The notes beneath the pieces are model-generated. The model was not told the origin of the DNA and did no database searches. It saw only the letters and a list, made by a program, of their open reading frames with translations. From Monocercomonoides exilis PA203 (Eukaryota; Protista; Preaxostyla), in contig LSRY02000002.1 of assembly GCA_001643675.2 (NCBI GenBank), positions 1,612,001 to 1,676,000 on the forward strand: DNA of 64,000 bases. The letters are read 5' to 3'. The position numbers were made by a program, and so were the translations under genes. Shown here in pieces: positions 48,301-58,170 of the stretch (position 1 is its first letter; every line of letters begins with the position of its first letter).

Positions 48301-48588
48301 CCGCTTCAACCACTTAATCACGCGGATTCAACAGCCGAACCTTTTTCTACACAAGCGCCTTCCCCAGATCTTCCATCGCAGCAAACTTTTCCAGCGACAC
48401 AGCCTAATCAAGCGATAATATTTCCAACGAGTGTTGAAGAGCCAGAGGACAATAATACTGCAAAGAGGAATGAACCAGAAATTACCAGAGGAGAACCAGA
48501 GACAGATAGGACTGATATACGCACTGAAATATGTAAATGCAAAGATTTGCCCAACTATGAACACTCCCTTAATAAAGAGGTGTTGTAG
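45226..48588 (+). CDS. DIRS tyrosine recombinase ORF (YR domain about 47215-48150); its N-terminal ~660 codons overlap the gag end and pol in another frame
   Basis: Core-binding region STWNQY...RSAIS, then W.PD.VL, LTVKCILLVMLFTSCRFHEL, LKT, ICPARAI, YTIKHASISKL, HAR and SYY. Confidence 0.9.
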   Translation: MVHGNLDLQARELEDQHVQHQEAIFFGESRGPHPSLCRGMEEDRSDQLDKRRDKTDLEGESCKGQVETGKDERQRLPGWHRGKRGLFRMDSRRTQDRYINTVTRRRGLLLEQHIFHKEKDREVPSNPRLPCTQFRTERYSFQNGRPSHCGETDPKGRFRNLTRSISGLFPDPSSQGIHPIPSLQVRREILRVQRHALRIQRRTENFHESHEKSFARNPKKMEGEVHFLLGRCPIAGSRSSQAEVGNTRNCRVVSTVGLNHQQGEERVLPQEELQLSRMDVEYEPDGCLNGTTETQGTEERVYQMDEEGEEEQLCKNERLRFIHRSAQRRTVRVQRRLFIHEQNVPFTEQAGQERWLGRSGSLEQQHKKTIGHLDSKAQGELHQRTGGLLEARRHINDRCFPLGLRSDLGSWRREISLSQTVQQHHKAPNIQFQGAPCSFIGSQQFFITNHSQPCVQDPSPFRQHQCSVQHQQVGCGTQPPAVIEKDQGHMSVDEIDDDSNPHSRGEKHNRRRIVQVGGRRRLYDKESMSEGSGEGSRSDSRDRRFRKRRKQEEGDMVWSRKSVRSRWSHGRLDKEHNAHSPSHSVDSSESQESKSRESESNHPSSGMEESDMEQLTGRDDVSTLRLEELESGFNPGSRPEENGCSTASRGIHGSNNQLVREVGEEWWWKSLRICGVPDRIISVTKESIAKSTWNQYTFGFAHFSREWEELKLGPFPKYFDEWSMDCANCLLSMRDKGGKYSCLCATRSAISLFSKTVYGKDLSKVSLISTIFRSFSFSQTHRKPYTKMWSPDIVLSYYENYGLNEYLSFFDLTVKCILLVMLFTSCRFHELEQISMANSIFESDAIYLSTRLKTSRSREYITVPCLEEVHKRICPARAIHTLWERVKATYENRDTFLLNTTHHTPLTAKGIRTLARIGLRKAGVPDEYRPYTIKHASISKLASSGVPEVCIAKHARLSTTAHTPSRSYYKANLANRMARALLASEEDSSQQDESTVVEKSCISKQIEGIPFCATQQTTTIMFGLPPLQPLNHADSTAEPFSTQAPSPDLPSQQTFPATQPNQAIIFPTSVEEPEDNNTAKRNEPEITRGEPETDRTDIRTEICKCKDLPNYEHSLNKEVL
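45299..47203 (+). CDS. DIRS pol: reverse transcriptase + RNase H + Dam-like N6-adenine methyltransferase domain (start given at the putative frameshift site)
   Basis: VGGR...W N-terminal motif, RQILDCRALN, HFKME, LDLSQAY, MPFGFKDAPRIFTK, YLDD, TDAS..A.GA, SNFKELLAV, SDNTS, HIPGEKNTTADALSR, and DGFA..N...DGLTADW....IHPPIPLI...P.W....W. Confidence 0.95.
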   Translation, partial: FSEKVGGRTQAFAEEWKKIGVTNWIKDGIRPIWKGRAARDRLKQEKMKGKGFLGGTEEKEACSEWIQEGLRTDILTQLQEGEVCCLNNIFFIKKKTGKFRQILDCRALNSALKDIHFKMEDHRTVERLIQKGDFATSLDLSQAYFLIPVHKEFTPFLAFKFEERFYGFKGMPFGFKDAPRIFTKVMRKVSQEIRRRWKVRCISYLDDVLLLDPDQVKLKLATQEIVEWFQQLGLIINREKSEFFPKKNFNYLGWTWNTSRMVVSMEQQRRRELRKECIKWMKRVRKSSFAKTRDFASFIGQLSAARFVYKDASLYMNKMYHLLNKQVKKDGWEGAVLLNSSIKRQLDIWIQRLKENYIRELVDFSKPDAILTTDASPWACGATLAVGGERFHFHKQFSNITRLQTSNFKELLAVLLALNNFSSQITHNHVCKILLRSDNTSVVFNINRWGAGPNLLPLLRKIKATCQSMKLTMTAIHIPGEKNTTADALSRLEAAGDYMIRSQCLKEAERALGVIAEIDGFANEGNKRKEIWYGPGSPFAQDGLTADWTRNTMLIHPPIPLILPSLKKAKAERARAIILLPAWRNQIWSNLLEEMMSQHYVWRNSKAVLIPGAGLRRTGAALPPGGYMAVTINW

Positions 48589-48664
48589 ATAACGGTTTTT
48601 CTCTAGAATTAAGGTACTTTGTACTTTAATTCGCGGAGAAAAAATCTATCTACAACACCTCTTT
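48562..48664. repeat. Internal complementary region (ICR) of the DIRS element
   Basis: 48562-48629 is the exact reverse complement of the left terminus 44399-44466. 48630-48664 is the reverse complement of the right terminus (about 49185-49218) with a one-base A-run difference. Confidence 0.95.
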
Positions 48665-49139
48665 TCCTCCCAGAGCATAGCTCCTCCCTCCGCTTCACAC
48701 TTCGTGTTTTAAATAAATTATGTTCCACCGAACGGACGTGGTCCAATCATTCCAGTAATTTTCCCAAGCCAAGACCTTTAAATAATAATTCACAACCTGG
48801 AATAATGGAAGAGATATTCAAGGAGAAAGAAATACAATGAAATTAATTGAGTCAAAATAACACAGATATCATTGATGAAATCAACAGAACAAGCCAAAGA
48901 TAAAGCCACACCAAAGGAATACCAAGAACGTGAACAGCTAGCCAATACAAAGAGCCTATGCGGATAGCCGTGTGCTGTTGCCGATGCCTAAATCGAGCGC
49001 CGTTTACAAAATGCCAAAACTACGTCCCAAGCCGAGCCAAAGACAATTGCCAATCCCTGCAACGCCTCAGTATGCCATTAGGCACAGAATATATTTATTG
49101 TAATGTTATTTTAACACTTCATCCATTTGAACACATCAC

Positions 49140-49202
49140 TTTTGTGACCGGCTGAGCCCATAATGCAGAGCTCACTCCCTTAATAAAGAGGTGTTGTAGA
49201 TA
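49140..49202 (-). repeat. Right inverted terminal repeat core (63 bp)
   Basis: Reverse complement of 44437-44499. Confidence 0.95.
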
Positions 49203-49467
49203 GATTTTTCTCCGCGAACATAATATTAAGCCATTATTCAATAAAAAAAAGAAAAAAATAATGAACAGAAAGAATATTTTTTTATGAATAAAAAAAAGGA
49301 AGCAATACATTTTCAGATGTTGTAAAAATGGATGCACACAATACAGTGCAAATGACAAACAAGAAAATAATTTTAGAAATCGAATGGTAATGTTTTTTTG
49401 TTTTCTTTTCATTTGTTTTTTTTATTTCTGGTTGCATTATAATGTTAGACATATTACGAAATAAATG

Positions 49468-49523
<56 letters not shown>
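49468..49523. repeat. Poly(A) homopolymer of about 56 nt
   Basis: Directly visible; AATAAA lies just upstream. Confidence 0.9.
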
Positions 49524-49525
<2 letters not shown>

Positions 49526-50471
49526 TCACTTTCTCTTTCTGTTTGCACAAATCCCATCATTAGATGAAATGTGAAATATTTGAAAAATTTTGAAATAATG
49601 AAGTTATTTCGAAATAACCCACAAATTTCGAGTTTTTCAAAGGTTTTTTGAGTTTCACTAATTCTTTTGAAAAAAAGTCAGTCTTATTGAGTATGCACAA
49701 ATGAAGTTTTATTATTTTTTTCTGTCTTATCACTATTAATTGTCATTCTCTTTTTTGTTTGTTTTATTTTATTGTTGTCTGTATTCTGACACAAAAACAC
49801 AGTTGTTGATCTTCAGTATCACATAACAAATTATTTTTTTATTATTTAGTCATTTCTGTCGTTTTGAAAAGCATCAAAAGAAACATGCATGAGATAAAAA
49901 ATTTGTTTTTTGTTGTTTTATTCGAGGCCATGAAATTACAAACTGTTAACTCGTTTATTGGAGAGAATCTGCCTTCTTTTTAATATTCTTCATTTCAACA
50001 TCAGTCCTTTGAATAACTGCATAAATTTTGATATGTGATTAATATTAAAACATCGCTGTGCTTTATTAATAAACTTTTTATTTCATGATTGCTTATTTTA
50101 TGAGAGTATTTTTGACATTTATTCTCTAAAATATATTTTACTTATATCCACCGTGTTAATAAAATTTAAAGTAAAATTGATTTCATTATGATATATTATT
50201 CTATATAAAAAAGAATTTTTGAAGATCATAAATAAATTTCTAAATAAAGTCTCATTTTTGATTACAAATGTTGTACTATTTGATATCTTTCTTCTGTTTA
50301 ATTTTTCCATTAAAAATTAAACAAAATATATCTGCTCCATGCTAAAACAAAAAATTATAGAGTATCACAGTTGAGATTTTTACAGTTTTTTGTTGATCAA
50401 TTGAGTTTCTTCAAATCAGAAAAAAAGTTCTTTTTGTGGTCAATTTCTTTCTCTATTCAAATCAAATAACA

Positions 50472-51672
50472 TCAAAAATTAAAAAGACAAAAATTTATAG
50501 CAGAATCGCCTCTTTCCAATGCACATAAATTCTGCCCCTCCTTTGCTCTTGCGCTCTGTATGGCAAATGACTTTCCTGCTTCCACTGCCTTTGCTGCAAC
50601 CATCCCATCTCCGCTCGTAAACTTCACATTCTTCGCCTTAACATTCTCCAGCACGCTATCTCCCAATATTATCAACGAAAAGAACAATACAGATGAAGAG
50701 AATAAAAAAGATTGATCAAGCTCAGAGAACAATGATTTTGAAATATTCTTTTTTGTGATCTCCACATCAATCATTGATAGCTGTGACAACTGCACCTTTA
50801 ACACTGATGAATATATCGCATTCCCTGAAGAAACACTTGCTGTAATCACAACATCTTCCAACGAGAATGACCCACTTTCATAAAATACAACAATAACACT
50901 TGGTGAAGGATTTGTATTTGAGTTACAACCAACCTTTATGTGCAATAAACCAAGGTGACCTGTTGTCACACTGAACAGCGTTCCTGCTGCTGATGGAGAT
51001 GAAAGCGCTCCTGTTCCAATAGAACTCTTATCTTTGCCTTTCCCAATAACCAAAATCTCCTTTGTCCCAATCTCAATTGTTGTTGTCTCGCTTTGATGAT
51101 CCCCTTCCATCAGCGTTATTGTCAAGCTAATCTGCACCTCGCACATCTCAAACGCCTTCTTCACTGTCAGACAAGGAAATGTTTCATTTGCCCCACAAAG
51201 TGGAGATGTATCATTTCCATTCACCGAAGCATAAATCGTCTTGTCTTTCAGCCAGTCTTTTTTTTGATGTTTGATCATACACCCAACTCCCTGAACTCGA
51301 ATAATTATACACATAACACATTCTCTGTTCATCTGTGTTTGTGGTGTAACATTCATAGAATGGATTTCCTGAGTTCAAGAAGAAGTTATAGTAATCAACG
51401 TATTCAACGTCATTTCCGCGTGGATTGGCTGCATCTCTACAGCTGTGATTCGTGAAAAAATTAAAAAAGCAATAAGTTCCGTTGACTGGCTTTTCTGTTT
51501 TTTCTGGTCTGAAAAACAACCCTCCTCCCTCTCTTAATGCTGAGCATGAAATAAACTGAATGCTCCCCATTTTGAATGCAGCTGGAACAGTGTGACAAAA
51601 CATTCCTCCACCATAATTATTTGTAAGTAAGTTTGAAGTCAATGAGCATGAAAATACACGTGTATCCTCCAC
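50472..51672 (-). pseudogene. Truncated, frameshifted fragment of the Cys/Gly-rich beta-helix-like surface-protein family (left arm)
   Basis: ORFs 51211-51672 and 50472-51356 join by a frameshift at a T-run near 51258-51265. The fragment is homologous to 53241-54341 (KKDWLKDKTIY, C.TVKKA.EMCEVQISLTITLM). Confidence 0.8.
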
Positions 51673-53149
51673 TTTGTTATTTTTTGTTTTAACTCACGCT
51701 CTGAGTTAAAATCGGAAAAAAAAGCATTTCCTATTTAATTTGAAAAACAAAATTCGAAAACAAACATAAGGAAAAAAAGATATATATTAACAAGCAATAA
51801 ACTTTGCATTTGCCTATGAATAATTGTTGCAATGTGAATCTGTGCAGCGATCGAAAATAAACATTAAATCATTTCTGAGATGATTCAAATATGAATTGCA
51901 ACGAAATTTACTCCAAAGAAAATATATTTGTTATTTGCTTCATTGACAGCCATTGCTCTAAACAATCGCTATGAGCTTTATAAATTGAAAAATTGAACTG
52001 TTGATTTCATTGGATCATTTATTAGATTTAATGGGTGAAAAAACAAAACAAAAAATCTTTTTTTTTCTAGGAATTTCACAGTTTTCCGTTCGATTTTTGC
52101 TTTGGATCATAACAAACAGTCATTTATTCATCATTGCAAATATTGAAGATGCTCTAATAAAATGATTCAAATTTTTGTTGCATTAAGATTTTTCAAATTG
52201 ATTAAACAAATTACACTCATTGCTTTTTCAAATATGGTGCTTATTCATAAATGTGACATTGAAATTTAAATATGTGAAAATTTTCTTTCAATAAAAATAT
52301 TTCTTCAATAAAAATCATTGTGGTTCTGAAAACTCGAAATAAGTCAGTCTTACTGAAAATAACTTGGTTATTTTGAAATAAGTGAATTAACTTGAAATAA
52401 CCTATATAAATCTTGAAATAAAAATTTATTTCAAGTTTTATATGGGTTATTTTGAATTAATTCACTTATTTCAAAATAACCAAGTTATTTTCAGTAAGAC
52501 TGACTTATTTTGAGTTTTCGAAACCACAATGATTTTTTCAAATGTGATAATTCTTCAAAACGAAAAATTTCAAATATTTGAATTTCAATGTCTTTGTTAT
52601 GATTAAGCACCATATTTGTGAAAGCAATGGGTGAACTTGTCAAATCGTTTGAAAAAATCTGAATAAAAATTTAATACGAATCAAATTATATGAGAATTTT
52701 TAACAAATGTAATGATGAATAAATGACTGTTTGTAATGATCCAAAGCAAAAATCGAACGGAAAACTGTGAAATTCCTCGAAAAATACAGATTTTTAGTTT
52801 TGTTTTTTCACCCATTAAATCTACGAAATGATCCAATGAAATCAACAGTTCAATTTTTCAATTCATAAGGCTCAAAGCGATTTCTTATTACAATGGTTGT
52901 TAATGAATCAAATCTGTCATATGATTTCATGAAAAATAAACTGTGCTTGGTTTTTTCTTAACAATTAAAATGGACCCCATGTTAACTATCAATTGCCGCA
53001 TTATTTTCAACTGCAGCGAGATGGCACATATGAACAAACAAAGTTAAATGCTTGCAAATTCATTGATCTGAATGCAATGTGTGATAATTTGGTTATCTAT
53101 CATTTTTTGAAAAATTATTTTATTTATTTTCAGATTAGGAAACTTGATT

Positions 53150-54341
53150 AATTAGAGATGAAAATGGAGAAGGGGAGAGTGCGTGTGTATTTGACTGCAT
53201 TTTCATTTCATGTTCAATCACAATTTACGGAGGTGGAGGCATGCGTTGTTCGTATGTTCCGAATCAATTAAAAATTAGAAATATTCAGTTTATTTCATTT
53301 TCAGCACAACAAGAGGGAGGAGGATTGTCCTTCAGGCCAGAAAAAGCAGAAAAGCTAGGCAATGGAATTTATTGTTATTTTTTGTTCTTCCATGAATGCA
53401 AGTGCGGGATTACATCCACTCCTTATGGGCATGACATTGCATATGCAGATCATTACAATCTTTATTTAGAGTCAGGGAATCCGTTCAAAGAATGCTATAC
53501 AACGAACGCAGATGAGAAGAGAATGTGCTATGCTCACAACTACTCGAATGCAGGTGCCTGGACATTTCAGCACACCGAAAAAAAGGATTGGCTGAAAGAT
53601 AAGACGATATATGTTTCTGTTGGTGGAAATGATGGATATGAGCTATGCGGGTCAAATGAATCAAATCCGTGCAAAACGGTGAAGAAGGCGCTTGAGATGT
53701 GTGAGGTGCAGATAAGCTTGACAATCACACTGATGGATGGGAATCATCAAAGCGAGGCAACAACAATTGAGATTGGGGAAAAGAAGATTTCAGTTATTGG
53801 GAAAGGCAAAGATAAGAGTTTGATCGGAACAGGGGCACTTTCATCGACTGGAATGCTGTTCAGCGTGTCAACAGGTCACCTTGGTTTATTGCACATGAAA
53901 GTTGATTGCAACTCAAATGCAAGTCCTTCTTCGCCGAGTGTGGTTGTGGTGTCTGATGGAGGTGGGTCACTCTCATTGGAAGATGTTGTGATCACCACGA
54001 ACAAAACAGGAGAATATGTGATGTCGTCGTCAGTGTTTGTGGTGCCGTTGTCGCAGCTGTCGATGACCGATGTGGAGATTAAAGATATGAATGTCTCAAA
54101 ACCATTGTTCTCTGAGCCGGATCTCTCTTCTCCTTCTTCATCTGCCCTGTTTTTGACATCCACAACATCAGGAGAGAGCATTCTGGCGAACTTGTCTGTG
54201 AAGAATGTGAAGTTGACGAGTGGCGGTGGAGTGGTTCTGACAAAGACAGCTGCTGAAAGATGTGATACATTCACTGTGGAGATCAAGGAAGCAGAAGGGA
54301 GCGGAGTCAATGTGCGCTGTGTACGTGCGATTTTGAGATGA
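53150..54341 (+). pseudogene. Truncated fragment of the same surface-protein family (right arm); frame intact
   Basis: Family-like sequence (CVFDCIFISCSITIYGGGG) continues upstream of the first ATG at 53241 and then hits a stop. The 3' end degenerates at about the same point as the left copy. Confidence 0.65.
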
Positions 54342-55689
54342 TTTTTTTATGGCCACATGCGAATTTGGAGAGAAGAAAAAAACAATAACTTCATTTCTTA
54401 TTTGGCTTTGTTTAATTGTTACGAGTTCATCTCCCAAAATAACAATTGACTTTGTTAAAACTTTTTATTTTTTTACTATATCTCCGAATGGAAAATTAGT
54501 TTTGTTTGTGCGTTTTAAAAAAAAAGAAGAAAGTGTTTTGATGGAACGACTTTTTTTTTGAAAAATGAAACTTTTGTCACTATATCGAAATAATCATCAG
54601 ATATTCATTTTTATCTTGAACGATATTTTTCACAAAAACTTTTTTTAATTAAAAACTCCATTCACTCTGTATGCATAATGATAAATTCATAACATTATCA
54701 ATATTTGAAATATTTTAGCAAATAAGCAATCATGAAATGAAAAAATCATTATAAAATCGGAGCAATATTTGAGTATTGATCATATATCAAAATTTATGTG
54801 GTTATTCAAAGGACTTCTGTTGATATATAGAAAAATCAAAAGAAGATTCATTCTCTCCAATTAACGAGTTTGCAGTTTCTTATTTCAGAACATCGGATGA
54901 AAATGCTAAAAATAAAACAGGCTCAACGTGTATATTTCTTTTCATGCACAGCTTAATGAAAGAAATGACAAGGTAATTGAAAAAAATTTTGTTATGTGAA
55001 ATTGAAGATCAATTTTGCAGTTTTTGTCTCAGAATACAAACAACAATGAAATAAAACTGACAAAAAAGAGAATGACAATTAATAGCAACCAGACAGAAAA
55101 AATAATAAAACTTCATTTGTCTATACTCAATAAGACTGACTTTTTTTCAAAAGAATTAGTAAAACTCAAAAAACCATTGAAAAACTCGAAATAAGTGGGT
55201 TATTTCAAAATAACTTGATCATTTCAAAATTTTCCAAATATTTCACATTTCATCTATTGTTTTTCAATTTAGGAGATTTTATTTATTACATAAAGAAATA
55301 TGTTCAATTTCACTTCTTTTAGAAAATTTTTTATCATAATTTGTGATTCACTTTGAATTGATTTTAACATGCATTTTTAACTTGCATCTGCACTTCATTA
55401 AAACTTGAATATTTTATTTAAACACATTTTTGCATTTCCGAGAAATTAAGATTTTCTTTTTCAAGAAAACTTTATTCATGAAACATAAATCAAAATAGCT
55501 TTTAATAAAAATTGCAAAATGTTGGAAGCAATTCTAATTTTGCCATTGGAGTTCGAAATGAAAACGCACTAAAGTCACGATCAATTCCAAAATGAAAAGG
55601 AAATTCAATAACAAAAACAATAATTTGTTTTAAGAAAACATTCATATTTAGCTCGGATTGTTAAAAAAAATTTAATGCAAAGCAAAATA

Positions 55690-58170
55690 AAGCTGTATTG
55701 TCCGCTTTCATTTCATTCAGTCTGTTATTAACCTCACATTTTCAAATGAACCATCATAAGCACTGTCAGAAGAATAAAGCCAACCTCCAACAATGAGACT
55801 GTATTGTGTCATGACAAAGTGAATTGGAAGTTTATTAGCCGTAGCTGGATTGAGGGAAAATGATGCTTTCTGATGAATTGGTAAACAAACGAAAAATTAC
55901 TGGATTAACATTTATTGTGAGAGATGTGAGAGCGACTAACAGAATCGATGGCTTCAACGAGTCACCCAAACTGGATTAGAACGAACCAAACAAAAGAAGA
56001 GAGTCATAAAGAGTATTTTATTCAAAGAGAAAGACAAAACTGGACTGCTGAAAGAAATGATTCAAAGCAGCTTTTCTGTTGAGAAGATCAAAATCAAAAA
56101 GAAATATCAAATGACACCTTTGTAATACGAAAAGCAATAAGAAGCGAGGTGACAAGTGCTTATGGGAACTGTGAATGGAATAGGAAGTGGCATTAGATAT
56201 GAAGAGACAGCCATCGAAGGGAAAGGCAAATGGACACAAGAACAAGCGGAAAGAATGAGAAAAAGAAAATTAGAAGCACACAAATCAGATTTGTTAGAGG
56301 TGATCTTTTTTTAAAAGAAACATCAGTAATCCTGTTAACGCCTCTGGTTTGGACATCTAAAAAAATTCACCTCTTTAGTAAAACATCCTTCTTTGTCTTA
56401 TACCAAGACAGGTGTCTCAAACAGAGCAATAAATCCTCCTCCTTCCTTCAGTCAAGTGTCGATGTTTTTCAGCAGCAGCAAGTGAAAAGCATTCCAAAAG
56501 CGGAGGTGACAATCCATTCTATGAGTAAGAAGCTTGTTTCGAGGGATCGCAAATGCAGGAAGATGTTGGTTGTAAAGCATTGTGTGCACTTCTTCGGACG
56601 CAATTGGGATATGCCCGCGTATTTTGTGTGTTTGGAGAGTTCTGTGTGCTCGATGCGCTGATGAGAAAAGATAAGCAATTCACAAATGGACAATATGGAT
56701 TTCAGTGCAGTTGATGAGGAAGATGAAGCAGATGTCATTTGAAAAGTTATTGAAATGACATTTCAATCATTCCAAAGAAAAGATTTTTTCACTATCCGAA
56801 TGGTTGAATTTGTCAAAGATAGGAATTTCATTTAGAATTGAATATTGGGCATTTAAAGTTGGAGATGCTCCTCTTTCTCCTTTCAGCTCTTTCGACTCAC
56901 CTCGTTTTCTTCAAATCAGATGTGCTACTTGCCTTCCGTGTGAAGAAGTTCATTGTCAAAATTGTTTTCGTTGCAGCTCTGTTCGTCCAACTTGTCTTCC
57001 ACTACAACTCCTGTTCCTGTAAAATTTACACCCCAAATTCATGAATCTCTGTTTCATTCTGTTTTCTCTTTTTATTTATTTCTCGATTTATATATTCACC
57101 ACGCTTTTTGAATTCATCTCACTTCATCTTCCGCCTTTCCTTGAATAAGATGCAGTTGTGGAATTTGTGGAGTTGTTTCTGGTATTTCATTCCTGCTTCG
57201 TCTTCTTCTTTCTATTTTCTGCTTTATCAAAGTGTTTGCACCGTGTCATTGAAGTGATATGCCACTTCATTGCTTCATTGTTTGCAAAGACCTTCTATCC
57301 ACGCAGCCGTTATTAGGTATCCCATATTCTATTTGTTCTTTCCCTAAATAAAGATAGAGAAGATAATCTTTTCTCCGATTCAGCTGTTCAACTTCAGCAT
57401 CCCAAGTGAACGGAGGATGTTTAGATTTGATTGAAGAATCCTCCCATCAAAATCAGCTGCTGCTAGCAGATGCACCTTCTACAGCTGCGCAATTCACAAC
57501 AAGCCTCTCCTGTGCCCAGGAAGCTAAAAGAAGCGAGAGAGGTTGTTGAAGCTGTTAAAGCTATTAAAGCCGTTGAAGCTGAAGAAGACAGTTCAGTGAA
57601 TGTGCTTGTTGCTTGTTTGATTGAGTGTTTTGTTCTTTTTTTAAAGCAATCTGCAACATTATGGTCTTGATATTTCGATTCATAGACTTCTCCATCTCTT
57701 TCGTCAGGTATCTGCTTGATGCACAAGATCACTTCGAGCTTCAATTTCTAGAAATTTCTCAGCATGTTCAAAAAAAACTTTGTTCAATCATTGAATCTCT
57801 TCACACAGTCAATCCCTTTGATGGTTTTGGAATGGACATGTATTGACAAGAGTCCTTCGTTTGAGCGAACATCAAGATGAGAATGCGAGCATCTTTGAAA
57901 TGAGAAAGAAGTTTGTGAGAAGAAGAAGAAGTTGTAGTAGAAGTGGTTGTCGTAGAAGTTGTTGTTGTAGTTGAAGTTGTTGTTGTTGTTGAAGAAAGAG
58001 AATGGTTTGTGAGATCTTCTTTGATGAATATGTCTTGTTTATGGAGATGTTTTTCTCTAATTCTTCTTCTTTTTCTTCAAATTCTTCTTCTTTTTCTTCA
58101 AATTCTTCTTCTTCTTCTTCTCATAATCAGACAGACGAATTTATTTGCATTCCAAATGCTCCAACTTGTC
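55690..58170 (-). pseudogene. Heavily decayed coding region, possibly cullin-derived
   Basis: Fragments in shifting frames: KGLTV*RDSMIEQ, IKQIPDERDGE, LSWYKTKKDV and KCEVNNRLNEMKAD recall cullin motifs in the expected order. Many stops. Confidence 0.3.

Larger units (their letters stand above)
44399..49218 (+). mobile_element. Full-length DIRS1-like tyrosine-recombinase retrotransposon
   Basis: Inverted terminal repeats, an internal complementary region matching both outer termini, and gag, RT/RNase H/MT and YR ORFs. GC content is higher than the flanks, and there is no target-site duplication. Confidence 0.95.
49561..55256. repeat. 5.7-kb imperfect palindrome (fold-back inverted duplication) centred at 52423/52424
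   Basis: The outer ends match (TAGATGAAATGTGAAATATTTG at 49561; reverse complement ending 55256). Internal blocks match (about 51985-52140 with 52715-52865), the centre is a 112-bp hairpin, and the arms are about 2.86 and 2.83 kb. Confidence 0.9.

Noticed and set aside
44437-49202. Repeated TATCTACAACACCTCTTT read as a CRISPR-like array or DNA-transposon TIRs
   Set aside because: All four copies are explained by the DIRS ITR and ICR architecture; there are no spacers, cas genes or DDE transposase.
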